DNA of 64,000 nucleotides from a virus. The translations under genes were made by a program, and so were the position numbers. How positions within the stretch are numbered: the stretch's first letter is position 1; each line of letters begins with the position of its first letter. The DNA is taken from IMG/VR virus record IMGVR_UViG_3300032053_000039, positions 1 through 64,000 of that record; one strand, 5' to 3'. The notes beneath the pieces are model-generated. The model saw only the letters and a list, made by a program, of their open reading frames with translations. It searched no databases and was not told where the DNA came from. Positions 1-9,905 of this stretch are shown here, one piece after another.

Positions 1-322
1 TACTAAAGATTTCGGCTTCTACATGCATTTGTTTTAGTAATGCCTGTGTTATTCTATCTGGATTACAAGAATCGTGCATATGCGCAAAATCAAAATACAT
101 TCCTTCAGGATCTTCTCGATAATCCCATACACCTGTAATTTCTTCTTTATTAGTTCCTGGTATAAGCATTTTAAATGCTGAAACAATATGATATAGAAAT
201 CCTTCATACCATTTAAATATACTTATCTCTAAAGCAGTCCCAATTGGATGAAAGAATCTTCTATTCACCTCTTGAAGATATCCTTTTTCTCTGAATTCTG
301 AAATAGGTATATACTTTATCAT
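1..322 (-). CDS. phage hypothetical protein, runs off the window edge
   Basis: ATG at 322 overlaps the stop of the upstream ORF; reads MIKYIPISEFREKGYLQEVNRRFFHPIGTALE...GVWDYREDPEGMYF; not in ORF track. Confidence 0.7.
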   Translation of the reverse strand, partial: MIKYIPISEFREKGYLQEVNRRFFHPIGTALEISIFKWYEGFLYHIVSAFKMLIPGTNKEEITGVWDYREDPEGMYFDFAHMHDSCNPDRITQALLKQMHVEAEIFS

Positions 323-1374
323 TACTTATCCTTCTTAGCTAAAAGTTTTTTAAGACTATCTGAAAGTTTGTGTGATAGTTTCTTTGCAACTTTTACTGCT
401 TGTGGATACACACTATTCGCATATTTCTTTGAAAGAACAGATACCTTATCTTCTTCTTCCATGAGCTTTTTATAATTACCTGAATTTGTTTTTTTAAGTC
501 TATCTTGTCGTTCCCTTGATTCTCTTACCATCCTCTGAATGTATTCTTCATCAATAGAATCAAAATGTTCAAGCTCATATTCAGGGTCATCTTTCTTTAG
601 GGTTTGTACAAATTTGTCTAAAGTAAGATCGCAATATTCATCTACCCAATCTGCAATGAAATAAAGTTTGTCTGGTTCATAGTCCAAGGTTCCAAAGAGA
701 ATAGGGTCTTTCTCTTTTATTTTCTGTTTATTGGTTTTTACTTCAGCAACTGACTTTTTTTTATTATCGACATCAATCTTTTCTTTATAATCAAGATAGA
801 GCACCATATAATCATCGAACATCTTGATCTTTTTAAACTTATCTAGACGTTTTTTAACATTAGTTGGTATAGGTCTGTCGTACTCTGCAAGCTTCTTAAA
901 TCTGATATCAACGTCTTTGACTTTATTTTTATACCGATCAACAGAATCTCGATTAATTATGTATTCAATACCACATACTGATAATTCCTGTTCACGAACG
1001 CAGATAGCAATCTTACGGGCAAATTCTTCATAAAGTGCTTTCTGACCCAAGTCTTCTGCTTGTCTTACCAGTACTTGAAGTTTGGCGAGTCGTTCATGCA
1101 TTTCTTTCTGTTCAAGTTTGGTCATTTTAGATTTAACAAATTTAAAATATAATTGAGGATGGATAACTTTTTTATCTAGAACCCAATCCATTTTAATAGC
1201 TGTGCCAACATCGGTTCTATATTGATTATATTGACTAGAAGTATAATAAATATTTGTTGAAGTGGTTATATTTAGTGGAACTGTACTGTCGTAGGTAATC
1301 CAAGATGTAGAATCATATAATGGATTTATCCCAGTAAGTGTTCCTGTTGTTCCGGCAGTGCTTGTCCAAGCCAT
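322..1374 (-). CDS. hypothetical protein
   Basis: 350-aa ORF with GAGG RBS; Thr-rich N-terminus; DPILFG...LYFIADW segment. Confidence 0.8.
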   Translation of the reverse strand: MAWTSTAGTTGTLTGINPLYDSTSWITYDSTVPLNITTSTNIYYTSSQYNQYRTDVGTAIKMDWVLDKKVIHPQLYFKFVKSKMTKLEQKEMHERLAKLQVLVRQAEDLGQKALYEEFARKIAICVREQELSVCGIEYIINRDSVDRYKNKVKDVDIRFKKLAEYDRPIPTNVKKRLDKFKKIKMFDDYMVLYLDYKEKIDVDNKKKSVAEVKTNKQKIKEKDPILFGTLDYEPDKLYFIADWVDEYCDLTLDKFVQTLKKDDPEYELEHFDSIDEEYIQRMVRESRERQDRLKKTNSGNYKKLMEEEDKVSVLSKKYANSVYPQAVKVAKKLSHKLSDSLKKLLAKKDK

Positions 1375-1382
1375 GTGTTACC

Positions 1383-1655
1383 TCACTTTCTTAATATGCA
1401 TGATCTCGTACATATATAATTATTTTCTTCATTAAAGTCATCTATAGAATTTTCAATTGCATCTTCAATGCATTGTTTTAATCCTTCAGGAGCATGTACT
1501 GTGAATGCTTCTTCTTTGATATGCGAACTTCCCTTATAAAAATAATACATAAGTATTTGTACAACACACAGTTTTGACTTTTTGAGATTTTCTAATTCAC
1601 TAGTAAGTTTTTTGTATTCTTTAATAGAAAGTGTTACTGTATCTGGTATGGGCAT
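1383..1655 (-). CDS. hypothetical protein
   Basis: ORF track; tight operon spacing. Confidence 0.65.
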   Translation of the reverse strand: MPIPDTVTLSIKEYKKLTSELENLKKSKLCVVQILMYYFYKGSSHIKEEAFTVHAPEGLKQCIEDAIENSIDDFNEENNYICTRSCILRK

Positions 1656-1662
1656 GTTAACC

Positions 1663-2256
1663 TTACTTTATATTCTCAAGAAAGAAGGATGCTAGAATTG
1701 TATTGAAATTCTTATCCTTATTTTTAAGCATGCACTCTAATAGCTCTTGAATTTCATTTTTTGTAGCGAGTCTAATAGCAGTGAGAGAGTTATTTGGTAA
1801 AGATTTCGCAGAAACTGGTGTATCCTCTGCAATAATACCCTGACCGTCTGATTTGGTTATCAGAATAGGTTCTCCAATAGGATATCCGTGATTATTAGGA
1901 TTACTCAATGCAACGACAACAATTCCTAGATCGAAGGTAATTGCTAGGGTCTTTTCTTTTTTTGAAGGAGGAAACTTCTCACCAATGGCAATTTCAAATG
2001 CTTCTCTTAAAAAAGAATCATGCCCACCCCAACTATGCTCATCAATTATTTTAGCGAGTTGCTTTACTCTTTCTGAATATTTAGTGGTATCTATCTTTTT
2101 ATTTTCTTTCTGGTAAAACCCATATTTATCTCCCCAAGCACGGGTTCTTTCATAGATACTAGATGTAAGAGTTTCGAGAACAGTACCTTTCTTTTTCTTG
2201 TCGAGCCTTTCGACATTTTTTTCTATTATACTTTTTTCTTTATTCGCTTTTGCCAT
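1663..2256 (-). CDS. hypothetical protein
   Basis: 197-aa ORF, co-oriented with neighbours. Confidence 0.75.
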   Translation of the reverse strand: MAKANKEKSIIEKNVERLDKKKKGTVLETLTSSIYERTRAWGDKYGFYQKENKKIDTTKYSERVKQLAKIIDEHSWGGHDSFLREAFEIAIGEKFPPSKKEKTLAITFDLGIVVVALSNPNNHGYPIGEPILITKSDGQGIIAEDTPVSAKSLPNNSLTAIRLATKNEIQELLECMLKNKDKNFNTILASFFLENIK

Positions 2257-2584
2257 TTTTATCTTTCCTTGCTTATTTATCTATATTTTGGTTTTTCAAT
2301 AGATACGTTAAAATTTATTTTATAAATCTGCTTATGAACTTTATCTGATATCCTTGCAAAGGCAGCATCATTAAACATATCGGATAGATCAAGCTCAGAT
2401 ACATACTCTGTAAGATTTGTTTCTAAAATTAAGGAGGAAAGGTCTTATGCCCATATAAAGAGAAATTTGAATAGATAAATCTTCATCTTTTGTTAATTTT
2501 GACATGTTATATCTCCTTTTTTAGGAAAACATATAACTAATTTGTTATACTACGTCAATAATATTTTTAATAATTATTATTTTT

Positions 2585-2677
2585 TTATTTTCTTCCAGAT
2601 ATTTTTATTTTTATGCCCATACTTATTATAAAACCAACAAACAAACCCAAGACGAATGCAACTAGTATCACCTCCAT
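2585..2677 (-). CDS. small membrane peptide (30 aa)
   Basis: GGAGG RBS then MEVILVAFVLGLFVGFIISMGIKIKISGRK; single hydrophobic helix with basic tail; not in ORF track. Confidence 0.55.
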   Translation of the reverse strand: MEVILVAFVLGLFVGFIISMGIKIKISGRK

Positions 2678-2717
2678 ACGAACCTCCAAATAAGAATTTG
2701 TTAAGTATTAAAAAATA

Positions 2718-3290
2718 TTAATTATATTTGCTATTTCCTTGTTTATTACTTAACAGGTCATTTTCTTTATTTTCAAGGAAATACAAAGATCTAAACATAT
2801 TTAAAAGAGTCTCTTGCATATCAATATCATTTTGTTTGAATACATTTGATGTAAATTTTACAAGTTCAGACTTGTCACATATATTTGAAAATCCTATGAT
2901 TGTTAACAATATGGTAAAGATCGTCAACGATGTTTGCTTATTTTCACCAACTGAAGACCTTATTATAAAAAATAATTTAAATAGTATTAAATGTACCTCT
3001 CTGTTACTAATATTAATTAATTCTTTATCTAATCTTTCTTCGATTTCTTTATTTAAATTTGCAGTAAATCGATTTTCAAGAGAAGAGAAACATATAAGAA
3101 GCACAGTTTCAAAAGGTTTACTTAATGGTATCTCCTGTATTAACTTTCCTATATCTCCAAAAGTTTTTGTTGAGGTTTCTGATTCTGCCAGTATCTTAAA
3201 TATACTCTCAAAATCTTTTTTTGGAATATTAAGTTTCTTTATAACATCTTCAAACTCTTCAAAAAAATTAGATATACTTTTATCTTCCAA
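2718..3290 (-). CDS. hypothetical protein
   Basis: 190-aa ORF abutting the stop of the upstream zinc-ribbon gene. Confidence 0.7.
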   Translation of the reverse strand: MEDKSISNFFEEFEDVIKKLNIPKKDFESIFKILAESETSTKTFGDIGKLIQEIPLSKPFETVLLICFSSLENRFTANLNKEIEERLDKELINISNREVHLILFKLFFIIRSSVGENKQTSLTIFTILLTIIGFSNICDKSELVKFTSNVFKQNDIDMQETLLNMFRSLYFLENKENDLLSNKQGNSKYN

Positions 3291-3464
3291 TTAATCCCTC
3301 GCAGCTTTAAATCCATCAGGTATTGTTATATTAATATTAGATAATACTCTTTTTGCGTCACTACCACAATCACACTTAGTGTACTCTGGAAAATTTACTA
3401 TTCCGTACGGTTTTTTATACTCTATTATTTTTTTACATTCTATACATTTATAATCTGACAGCAT
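3291..3464 (-). CDS. FmdB-like zinc-ribbon protein (57 aa)
   Basis: AAGGAG RBS; MLSDYKCIECKK...KCDCGSDAKRVLS matches the YxCxxC...CxCG...R zinc-ribbon pattern; not in ORF track. Confidence 0.75.
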   Translation of the reverse strand: MLSDYKCIECKKIIEYKKPYGIVNFPEYTKCDCGSDAKRVLSNINITIPDGFKAARD

Positions 3465-3484
3465 AAAAACTCCTTTTTATAACA

Positions 3485-3946
3485 TTATTCTATTCTAAGC
3501 AATCCTCTATATTCTTTCTCATTGGTGATCATGTCTCTCTTGTGATCTTCTGCTTGCTGCTGAATACTTTCAAATGCTGCATAAACAGTAGCACTCGTTT
3601 CCATAAGCTTTTTAACTTGATATCCTATCTCTGCAGATATTCTTAAATTTGTCTTCATTCCTCGCATAGATGCCAAATATACTCTTTCCGCATCTTTTAC
3701 ATATTTATTTTTATCATTGATAATGTTTTCAAGATGTCGTATTTCAGCATTCTTTTCTTCCATTTCTAGAAAGTGTTCTTCTTTTAATCTACTTCTATCT
3801 TCTTGAAATTTTATATTAATTTCTTCTGATGTTCTTCTTCTTTCATTCTCTTTTATTCTAACAAGATAGCTTTCCATATTAGAAGTATGAACATATCCTC
3901 TCTTTTCCAAGAATTTAACAAAAACATCTTTACTTGGTTTCTTCAT
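3485..3946 (-). CDS. coiled-coil hypothetical protein
   Basis: 153 aa, heptad-like E/K-rich sequence. Confidence 0.75.
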   Translation of the reverse strand: MKKPSKDVFVKFLEKRGYVHTSNMESYLVRIKENERRRTSEEINIKFQEDRSRLKEEHFLEMEEKNAEIRHLENIINDKNKYVKDAERVYLASMRGMKTNLRISAEIGYQVKKLMETSATVYAAFESIQQQAEDHKRDMITNEKEYRGLLRIE

Positions 3947-3948
3947 AT

Positions 3949-6489
3949 CTAAGCTCCTGTTAATAAGTCTGATTTACTCATATTAATATTATGCTGATAC
4001 TCTGAACTTATTTGCTCAAAGCAGGTAGTATCTGGATTGAATAGAAAATTTACAAGAGTATTATTTTCCCCCATCCGTTGTTTCAAAACAATTATTTCAG
4101 CTATATTTTTATTCATGCCCTCTTGTATTGCCTGGGCATTGTGTTCTTCCTCTTCTCCAAAAAGATTATTTTGATTGGCTATATTTTCTAACATCTTTGT
4201 TTTAAGGGCTAACTCTGGAGAATAGTACGGTCTATGAACTCCTAGAACTATATCAGATACTTCTGTAAGAGCACCTGCGTTTTTTAAATCATTCATATTA
4301 GGTCTATTAAATCTTCTATTGGCAACATCTCTTCGTATTTGAGCCACAAGGATCATATGAATTCCAAGTTCTTTGACCATAGGTTGTATTATATTAACAG
4401 TCTTTTCATAATCCCTGGCAAAGTTATCACTGCTTTGAAGTTCTTTTATTTTACCAAATAAATCTATAACGACAACCATATACCCAGTTTTAAGATGATC
4501 CTGTAAAAGCATTATTTGCTCTCGTATAGATTTTATACTTTGATTTGGTTTATCATTGAGATAAATAAATCTATCTCTTCTTAATCTTTCTAGTTCTGTA
4601 TCATAAAATTGTCTTTCTTCTGTAGATAAGAGATCAGGATCGGATACTATCTTGCTTACAGGTATACCACTTTTGAAAGCGACCAATTTATGAATAAGAG
4701 GCATTGAGTTCATCTCTAAAGCAAACTGAGCTGTTACTACTCTTTTATTGGATAGATTCTTCATGGAAGACAAAACGAATGAAGAATTGTGTGTAACTGT
4801 AAAATCTTTGAGAATATACAGACCATCTCCCTCTAATTCAAAACCATAATAATCATATTTACCATCATGGGAAATTTCTATTTTCGTTTGAGTTGGTAAA
4901 TGTTTTTTATTATGTTTATAAGCTATTTTTCTTTTTATTTTAAGAGGGATCTGGTAATTATTTCCACATATTCTTATTCTCCAGTACATTCCTTTGAAGT
5001 CTATGGATTTTATTCTTTTTTCTTCTAAAGTGGCTGTGCAATAAAATCCCAGGCTTCTAGATAAGAATAATATATCGTCTTTTAATTGTTGATATTTCGT
5101 AGATATTTCATGTATTCCTGAAGTCATGTACCCATCGGTATCTAGAAGTCCTGCTAATAGATTTAACCTAATTTCTTTAGAATTATATAGATATTCCTTT
5201 GGTACGTGCTTATTTTCTATAAGATTGTAATTTCTCAAGGAATTTAAAATGTAATTTTCTTCAGAACTTCCTCTTCCATTACTAATCCTGCAGTTAGGAC
5301 AATTTGGCCTATCTTTAGTAGTATCTTCGTGATATAACATATTTAATTTATTAGCATATTCTTTTAAATAGGTTCTTATTTCTATATCTGGATTTGAAAT
5401 AGTTACTCCCGAAGAATAACCGTCACCAAGCCAAACCCCTAAGAAGTAGGGATCTAAAAGAATTTTCTTTTCCTCAAATTCTAGAGTAGCCTTATATCCT
5501 CGATATTTATTAAAAAAGTTATCTGATTTTTCTAATGCGTCTTTAACAGATACATTAACTATTTCTCCATTTTCTTTCCAGCCTATAGAGACCCGACAAC
5601 CTCTTTCAGCTCCTATTCGTGTTCGAATAGAGCATCCAGCTTTTTGAAGAGAGAGTATATGATCTTTATTTACAAAATAGTCATCTCCTCGTTTTTGATG
5701 AATTTTGTACATATCTCCAAAACCTTTCGTAGTTGATAGAACTTTTCTAGATTTTGAATCAGGCCCCATCAATAAATCATCTACAACAATATCTTCGACT
5801 TTCTTAAAGGAACAATCATACATCATTATTTTTGTTCCTTTCTTCTGACATTTGCCCATAGAGCTAAGTCCCGCAACAGTTGTTATTTGCTTTGGAGCAA
5901 ATCCTTCTGTTAGCAGCGCATCTAATTGAGAAAATCCTGTAGTATACTTTTCTCTTGTTAATTTTTTCTCTTCAATGTAAGCCGGGATTAATTCTTCCAT
6001 TCCTTTAAATTCAAGCCGTGAAGAAGAATATCCTTGTTCTACCATAGATTGAAAATACTTTAAACGATCTTCTATATCTGAAAGCGTTGATGAAGAGTTT
6101 ATACAAACTGAGTATAAGGATGAAGATTTTTCAAGTATGTTTGATTTAATACTGTCAGTTACTAGTTTTTCTAGGTGGGCTTTAAAATTTTCATGAGGTA
6201 TCTTAGGATAGTTAGATACAAGTGAAGATAAAAATTCAAATGTAACAAAAAATCGTATTGGACATGATTTTGATTTTAGGAGTATTGATTCATAATTTAC
6301 ATCTATATTATCATTACCACATTCAAGAACTGCCCAGGAGACGGTCTGATATTCTTTCTGTCTAAATACTTTCCAATTACCTTGACGTAAGAAATAATTT
6401 CTATTTTCAGAATCTTGTATAACATTTGAAATAATAGTAGCTTCATTATCCATATCTATTGGATAATCAAAGAGAACGGTATTACTCAT
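3949..6489 (-). CDS. dnaB: DnaB-like replicative helicase containing an intein
   Basis: TGFSQLD, Walker A AGLSSMGK|S split by the intein, FALEM, VVIDL, LVAQIRR, DLKNAGALTEVSD, KQRMG. Confidence 0.92.
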   Translation of the reverse strand: MSNTVLFDYPIDMDNEATIISNVIQDSENRNYFLRQGNWKVFRQKEYQTVSWAVLECGNDNIDVNYESILLKSKSCPIRFFVTFEFLSSLVSNYPKIPHENFKAHLEKLVTDSIKSNILEKSSSLYSVCINSSSTLSDIEDRLKYFQSMVEQGYSSSRLEFKGMEELIPAYIEEKKLTREKYTTGFSQLDALLTEGFAPKQITTVAGLSSMGKCQKKGTKIMMYDCSFKKVEDIVVDDLLMGPDSKSRKVLSTTKGFGDMYKIHQKRGDDYFVNKDHILSLQKAGCSIRTRIGAERGCRVSIGWKENGEIVNVSVKDALEKSDNFFNKYRGYKATLEFEEKKILLDPYFLGVWLGDGYSSGVTISNPDIEIRTYLKEYANKLNMLYHEDTTKDRPNCPNCRISNGRGSSEENYILNSLRNYNLIENKHVPKEYLYNSKEIRLNLLAGLLDTDGYMTSGIHEISTKYQQLKDDILFLSRSLGFYCTATLEEKRIKSIDFKGMYWRIRICGNNYQIPLKIKRKIAYKHNKKHLPTQTKIEISHDGKYDYYGFELEGDGLYILKDFTVTHNSSFVLSSMKNLSNKRVVTAQFALEMNSMPLIHKLVAFKSGIPVSKIVSDPDLLSTEERQFYDTELERLRRDRFIYLNDKPNQSIKSIREQIMLLQDHLKTGYMVVVIDLFGKIKELQSSDNFARDYEKTVNIIQPMVKELGIHMILVAQIRRDVANRRFNRPNMNDLKNAGALTEVSDIVLGVHRPYYSPELALKTKMLENIANQNNLFGEEEEHNAQAIQEGMNKNIAEIIVLKQRMGENNTLVNFLFNPDTTCFEQISSEYQHNINMSKSDLLTGA
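4786..5850 (-). mobile_element. intein with LAGLIDADG endonuclease in DnaB Walker A (355 aa)
   Basis: starts CQKKGTKIMMYD, ends TVTHN before Ser; internal YFLGVWLGDG and LLAGLLDTDG. Confidence 0.92.
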
Positions 6490-6503
6490 GTAAGATCCTC
6501 TGT

Positions 6504-6674
6504 TTAATCTATGGGCAGATGCAATTCTCTATCAAAGTATCCATCAATGTATTTCTCTATGAGAAAGGCACAGACTTCACTTTCGGAAATATCGTAGAAT
6601 TGACATTTGTTTTTAAACTTGTCGTAAGAATTCCTTGTAAGACGAATCTGTAGTGCTTTTATTCTTTCATCCAT
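6504..6674 (-). CDS. small ribbon-helix-helix-like protein (56 aa)
   Basis: MDERIKALQIRLTRNSYDKFKNKCQFYDISESEVCAFLIEKYIDG: alternating beta-strand followed by two helices; fills the sigma-DnaB gap; not in ORF track. Confidence 0.65.
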   Translation of the reverse strand: MDERIKALQIRLTRNSYDKFKNKCQFYDISESEVCAFLIEKYIDGYFDRELHLPID

Positions 6675-7402
6675 TGTTCGATAATATTTATTCCTGTACT
6701 AGTTATATCGAGGCCACAGAAAGGATTAGTCCTAAAGAATTTTCTTAATTCTTCCTTTTTAGAGCTTATTTTTTGATATACTGCATGATAACTAATATGA
6801 AGTCTTTCAGCGATATCTGAAATAGTGTCTGACCCTAGAAAGTAGTTCAAGCAGATTTCTTCGTTCGTTCTGCTTTTCGATTTTTCTAGAGATGATACAT
6901 TCATAAATGTTATATACTCGTTATGTATAATAAAACTCATTAAAAAGTTTTCAACAGCTTCATTAGAATTCAACATTGTGTCGTAGATAAGATTGGTATT
7001 TGTAGTAAAAGGAGACATCTTTGAGTTGTAGATCATTTCCTTATTAGCCCACTTTACCATATACCGTGGAAGCATTTTTTGGATATAATAAGAAAACTCT
7101 GATTTTTCATTATTATACTTATCAACAAGAAATATAAAATTATAGCAAACTTCTTGTTTTACATCAAAAAACTCGACAGTTCCACTGAGTTTCTTATATA
7201 AGTTAAACGAGACCGAGGAAATAAAGGGAGTGTACAAATCTATAAGAAATTGCATTGCTGTTTGAGATTCTCGATGAGTCTTGTCTTGAGCAACAAACAC
7301 TGCTTTATCTATTATTTTATAAAGTTCATGTGTTTCTTCATAGTTTCTTTTCTTATAGTTTTTGCTTAGCGAAAGTCCTTTTGTAAATATTTCTTGATAC
7401 AT
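6659..7402 (-). CDS. sigma-70-family phage sigma factor
   Basis: region-2-like LIDLYTPFI...FFDVKQEVCYNFIFLVDKYN...FSYY; C-terminal HTH TISDIAERLHISYHAVYQ. Confidence 0.75.
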   Translation of the reverse strand: MYQEIFTKGLSLSKNYKKRNYEETHELYKIIDKAVFVAQDKTHRESQTAMQFLIDLYTPFISSVSFNLYKKLSGTVEFFDVKQEVCYNFIFLVDKYNNEKSEFSYYIQKMLPRYMVKWANKEMIYNSKMSPFTTNTNLIYDTMLNSNEAVENFLMSFIIHNEYITFMNVSSLEKSKSRTNEEICLNYFLGSDTISDIAERLHISYHAVYQKISSKKEELRKFFRTNPFCGLDITSTGINIIEQWMKE

Positions 7403-7432
7403 CTTTTAGGTATATCCTTCCTAAAAGAGCCG

Positions 7433-9718
7433 TTATACAACGGATTCGATTCCCCCGTCTTCATCGTATTCTTTAATAAGTTCTTTATAAAATCTAATTC
7501 TTTTAGCCGTAAGTATCTTTAACAAATACACCGGCAATCCATTACTATCTGGGTAGTGTGCAAGATTATCACATATATCAAATACAATTGGAAGAGGTTT
7601 ACCCTCAACAAATCGTCGTATCCTGCCCAATCGTTGTTTTATCTGTGGTAAATTGGATGATGGACACGTTAAGAACAATGCTGATAATCTTGGGAGATCT
7701 AACGCTTCACTTGCGATCTTTGTATTACCTACGATACACTGAATGCTTGTGTCTTGGCGTATCTCTTCCCATCGGGTAGATTTCCGAGTCTCTCCTATCA
7801 GGAGGACTGTTTTATACCCAAGAGAAACAAGATGCTCATTTATTTTTTTGTTATGATCGATTCTGTCACTTAATACTAAGGGATAGTATCCGGCTTCAAT
7901 GGTTCTTGTGACTTCGGATACTATTAGGTTATTCCTATCCCTATCTTCTGTTAATTGACTAATACATCTAGTTATATCTAAAGTTTGTTCTCTTTTCTGT
8001 CCAGTCCACCGCATTGTGGTGGGTATTTCAAAACGTATATTAGTATTTATAATCCTATAGTCAAAACTAGTTATACGATGTTTAGCATCTTTTGCCTCAA
8101 TGTCAATTAATTTTTCCCCCAGGGTATCATAAATTAATATATGCTTTCCATCTCTCCTTTCTACTGTTCCTGTAACTCCTACACGATATTTGGCAGGTAA
8201 ATTATTGATAACAAGATGAAACATTGGAGCACTACATCTATGCGTCTCGTCAATCACAACCATCCCAAATTTATTAAAATATTCTGGATTTTCTTGAAAC
8301 ATAATATATACTGTATTTATAATACCTAATACAATATCACCGTCTTTTTTCTTTTCTCCATTTAATTCTCCCAAGGAGTATGTGCCAAAAAGCCTTTTTT
8401 CTATTTCCCCGGTCCACTGCTTACTTAATCGATGTTCATGTACCATTATAAGAGTAGGTTGCTTTACTTTGCTAATAAGATCAAGTATCGCTATACTCTT
8501 TCCACTGTTATGAACTACCATTCCGTTTGCCACAAAGTTATGATGTGGTTCTTTACATACTATATCGTAAGTATCTTCTATTCCACAAAAAGATATCTTT
8601 TTTACTTTTGAGTAATGTGGTATTCCTTGATTAAAATTAAATTTATTTTCTATAGAATGTAATAAACAATGATCCTTTTCTAAAAGACATTCTAAATTAG
8701 ATATATCATTATTAAATGGATTCCTATCCTTATGATGTATATGATATTTAAAAGGATCTATAAATTTTAATAATTTACTCCCCTTTTTATCGTTTTTTAT
8801 TGTATTTATAAAATCATTAAAATCTAATTTATTAATATAAGCTTCATATAGTAGTCTGTGAACTTCTGCTCTTTTTGTTATAGAACCTTTTTTTTCTATT
8901 TTAATTCTAGCATACTTATGATATTTTAATCCTGATATTTCTTTAGCTTTTGTTTTTTTTCTAAGAGAAGGTACTTCTTTTTTAGAACTATGAAGCTTAT
9001 CACACATTATTTCAGATTTACCTATTTTTAATTTTTTTAATTCTATCCATCCTGTTTTTGTCATAATTTTATGATCTTTTGTTGCCTTTATAAACAGACC
9101 ATTATCTAGTTCTAATCTATAAACATTCTTTTTCCCGCTATAAACTATATCTTCAATTTCATACAATTGAATAGTATTTCCATTATAGCTTCTTATATAA
9201 GTAGGAAAATTTAAATCCCAATTATGATAAGCATTTCCCAATTGATTAAAATGTTTATATGCTGTCTTTATTTTTAAAGATTTTCCAATTCCAGTTCTAT
9301 GGAGTCTTATTTCAGTGTCTCCTGTGATACAGCCTGGGGCTGCTTCTATAAGCCCACCTTCGTTTTTATAAAGAACATTTACTATTTTGTTTTGATTGCT
9401 ATCTAAAACAGTGTCTACCAAAGAACAATCTATAGAGTTGTGAGAAATTCTTCTATCTATAATAGTAGGAGAAATTCCTAATCTTTCACACAATAATAGC
9501 ACCCGCTTTAATCCCCCTCTTGGGAGTATAAGCATTTGATTTCCCATCATATTATCTATTCTATAATGATAAATAAATTCTGGTGTGTTTTTTACAGAAA
9601 ACTTTTGACGCTTCTTTTCAGCATATTCAGGATTTTTGTAAGTAAACTCCTTACAAAAATCTCCTACGTTATTTCCTAATTCGTTCGTATTTATGTATAT
9701 CTTGTCTTTTACTATCAT
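7433..9718 (-). CDS. superfamily 2 (DExH, UvsW/XPB-like) helicase containing an intein
   Basis: Walker A AAPG|SGKS, DETH, GVTGT, EALDLP, QRLGRIRR. Confidence 0.9.
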   Translation of the reverse strand: MIVKDKIYINTNELGNNVGDFCKEFTYKNPEYAEKKRQKFSVKNTPEFIYHYRIDNMMGNQMLILPRGGLKRVLLLCERLGISPTIIDRRISHNSIDCSLVDTVLDSNQNKIVNVLYKNEGGLIEAAPGCITGDTEIRLHRTGIGKSLKIKTAYKHFNQLGNAYHNWDLNFPTYIRSYNGNTIQLYEIEDIVYSGKKNVYRLELDNGLFIKATKDHKIMTKTGWIELKKLKIGKSEIMCDKLHSSKKEVPSLRKKTKAKEISGLKYHKYARIKIEKKGSITKRAEVHRLLYEAYINKLDFNDFINTIKNDKKGSKLLKFIDPFKYHIHHKDRNPFNNDISNLECLLEKDHCLLHSIENKFNFNQGIPHYSKVKKISFCGIEDTYDIVCKEPHHNFVANGMVVHNSGKSIAILDLISKVKQPTLIMVHEHRLSKQWTGEIEKRLFGTYSLGELNGEKKKDGDIVLGIINTVYIMFQENPEYFNKFGMVVIDETHRCSAPMFHLVINNLPAKYRVGVTGTVERRDGKHILIYDTLGEKLIDIEAKDAKHRITSFDYRIINTNIRFEIPTTMRWTGQKREQTLDITRCISQLTEDRDRNNLIVSEVTRTIEAGYYPLVLSDRIDHNKKINEHLVSLGYKTVLLIGETRKSTRWEEIRQDTSIQCIVGNTKIASEALDLPRLSALFLTCPSSNLPQIKQRLGRIRRFVEGKPLPIVFDICDNLAHYPDSNGLPVYLLKILTAKRIRFYKELIKEYDEDGGIESVV
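8507..9331 (-). mobile_element. intein with HNH endonuclease (275 aa)
   Basis: starts CITGDTEI, block B ATKDH, HNH HIHHKDRNPFNNDISNL, ends VVHN before Ser. Confidence 0.92.
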
Positions 9719-9899
9719 GAGTATCCATTGATTTCGGATCTTTTAGAAAATCCCTAAAGTATACTAAAGCTTTTACAAGAACAGTGCTGAATGGAAGGGC
9801 CTCTCCATATTTTTTATACCACAGTTGTCGTATCTCTTCTTTAGTCTTTTTAAAGGTATTCTCTTCGTTTTCTGGAATATATATTTGTGTTCTTCCCAT
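9669..9899 (-). CDS. small RHH-like DNA-binding protein
   Basis: MGRTQIYIP beta-strand and FSTVLVKAL helix; directly downstream of the tubulin gene. Confidence 0.55.
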   Translation of the reverse strand: MGRTQIYIPENEENTFKKTKEEIRQLWYKKYGEALPFSTVLVKALVYFRDFLKDPKSMDTHDSKRQDIHKYERIRK

Positions 9900-9905
9900 C
9901 TATAT

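Noticed and set aside
2290-2505. short ORF MSKLTKDEDL... with strong RBS, possibly frameshifted
   Set aside because: only 36 codons and no recognisable homology; I cannot tell a small gene from a pseudogene
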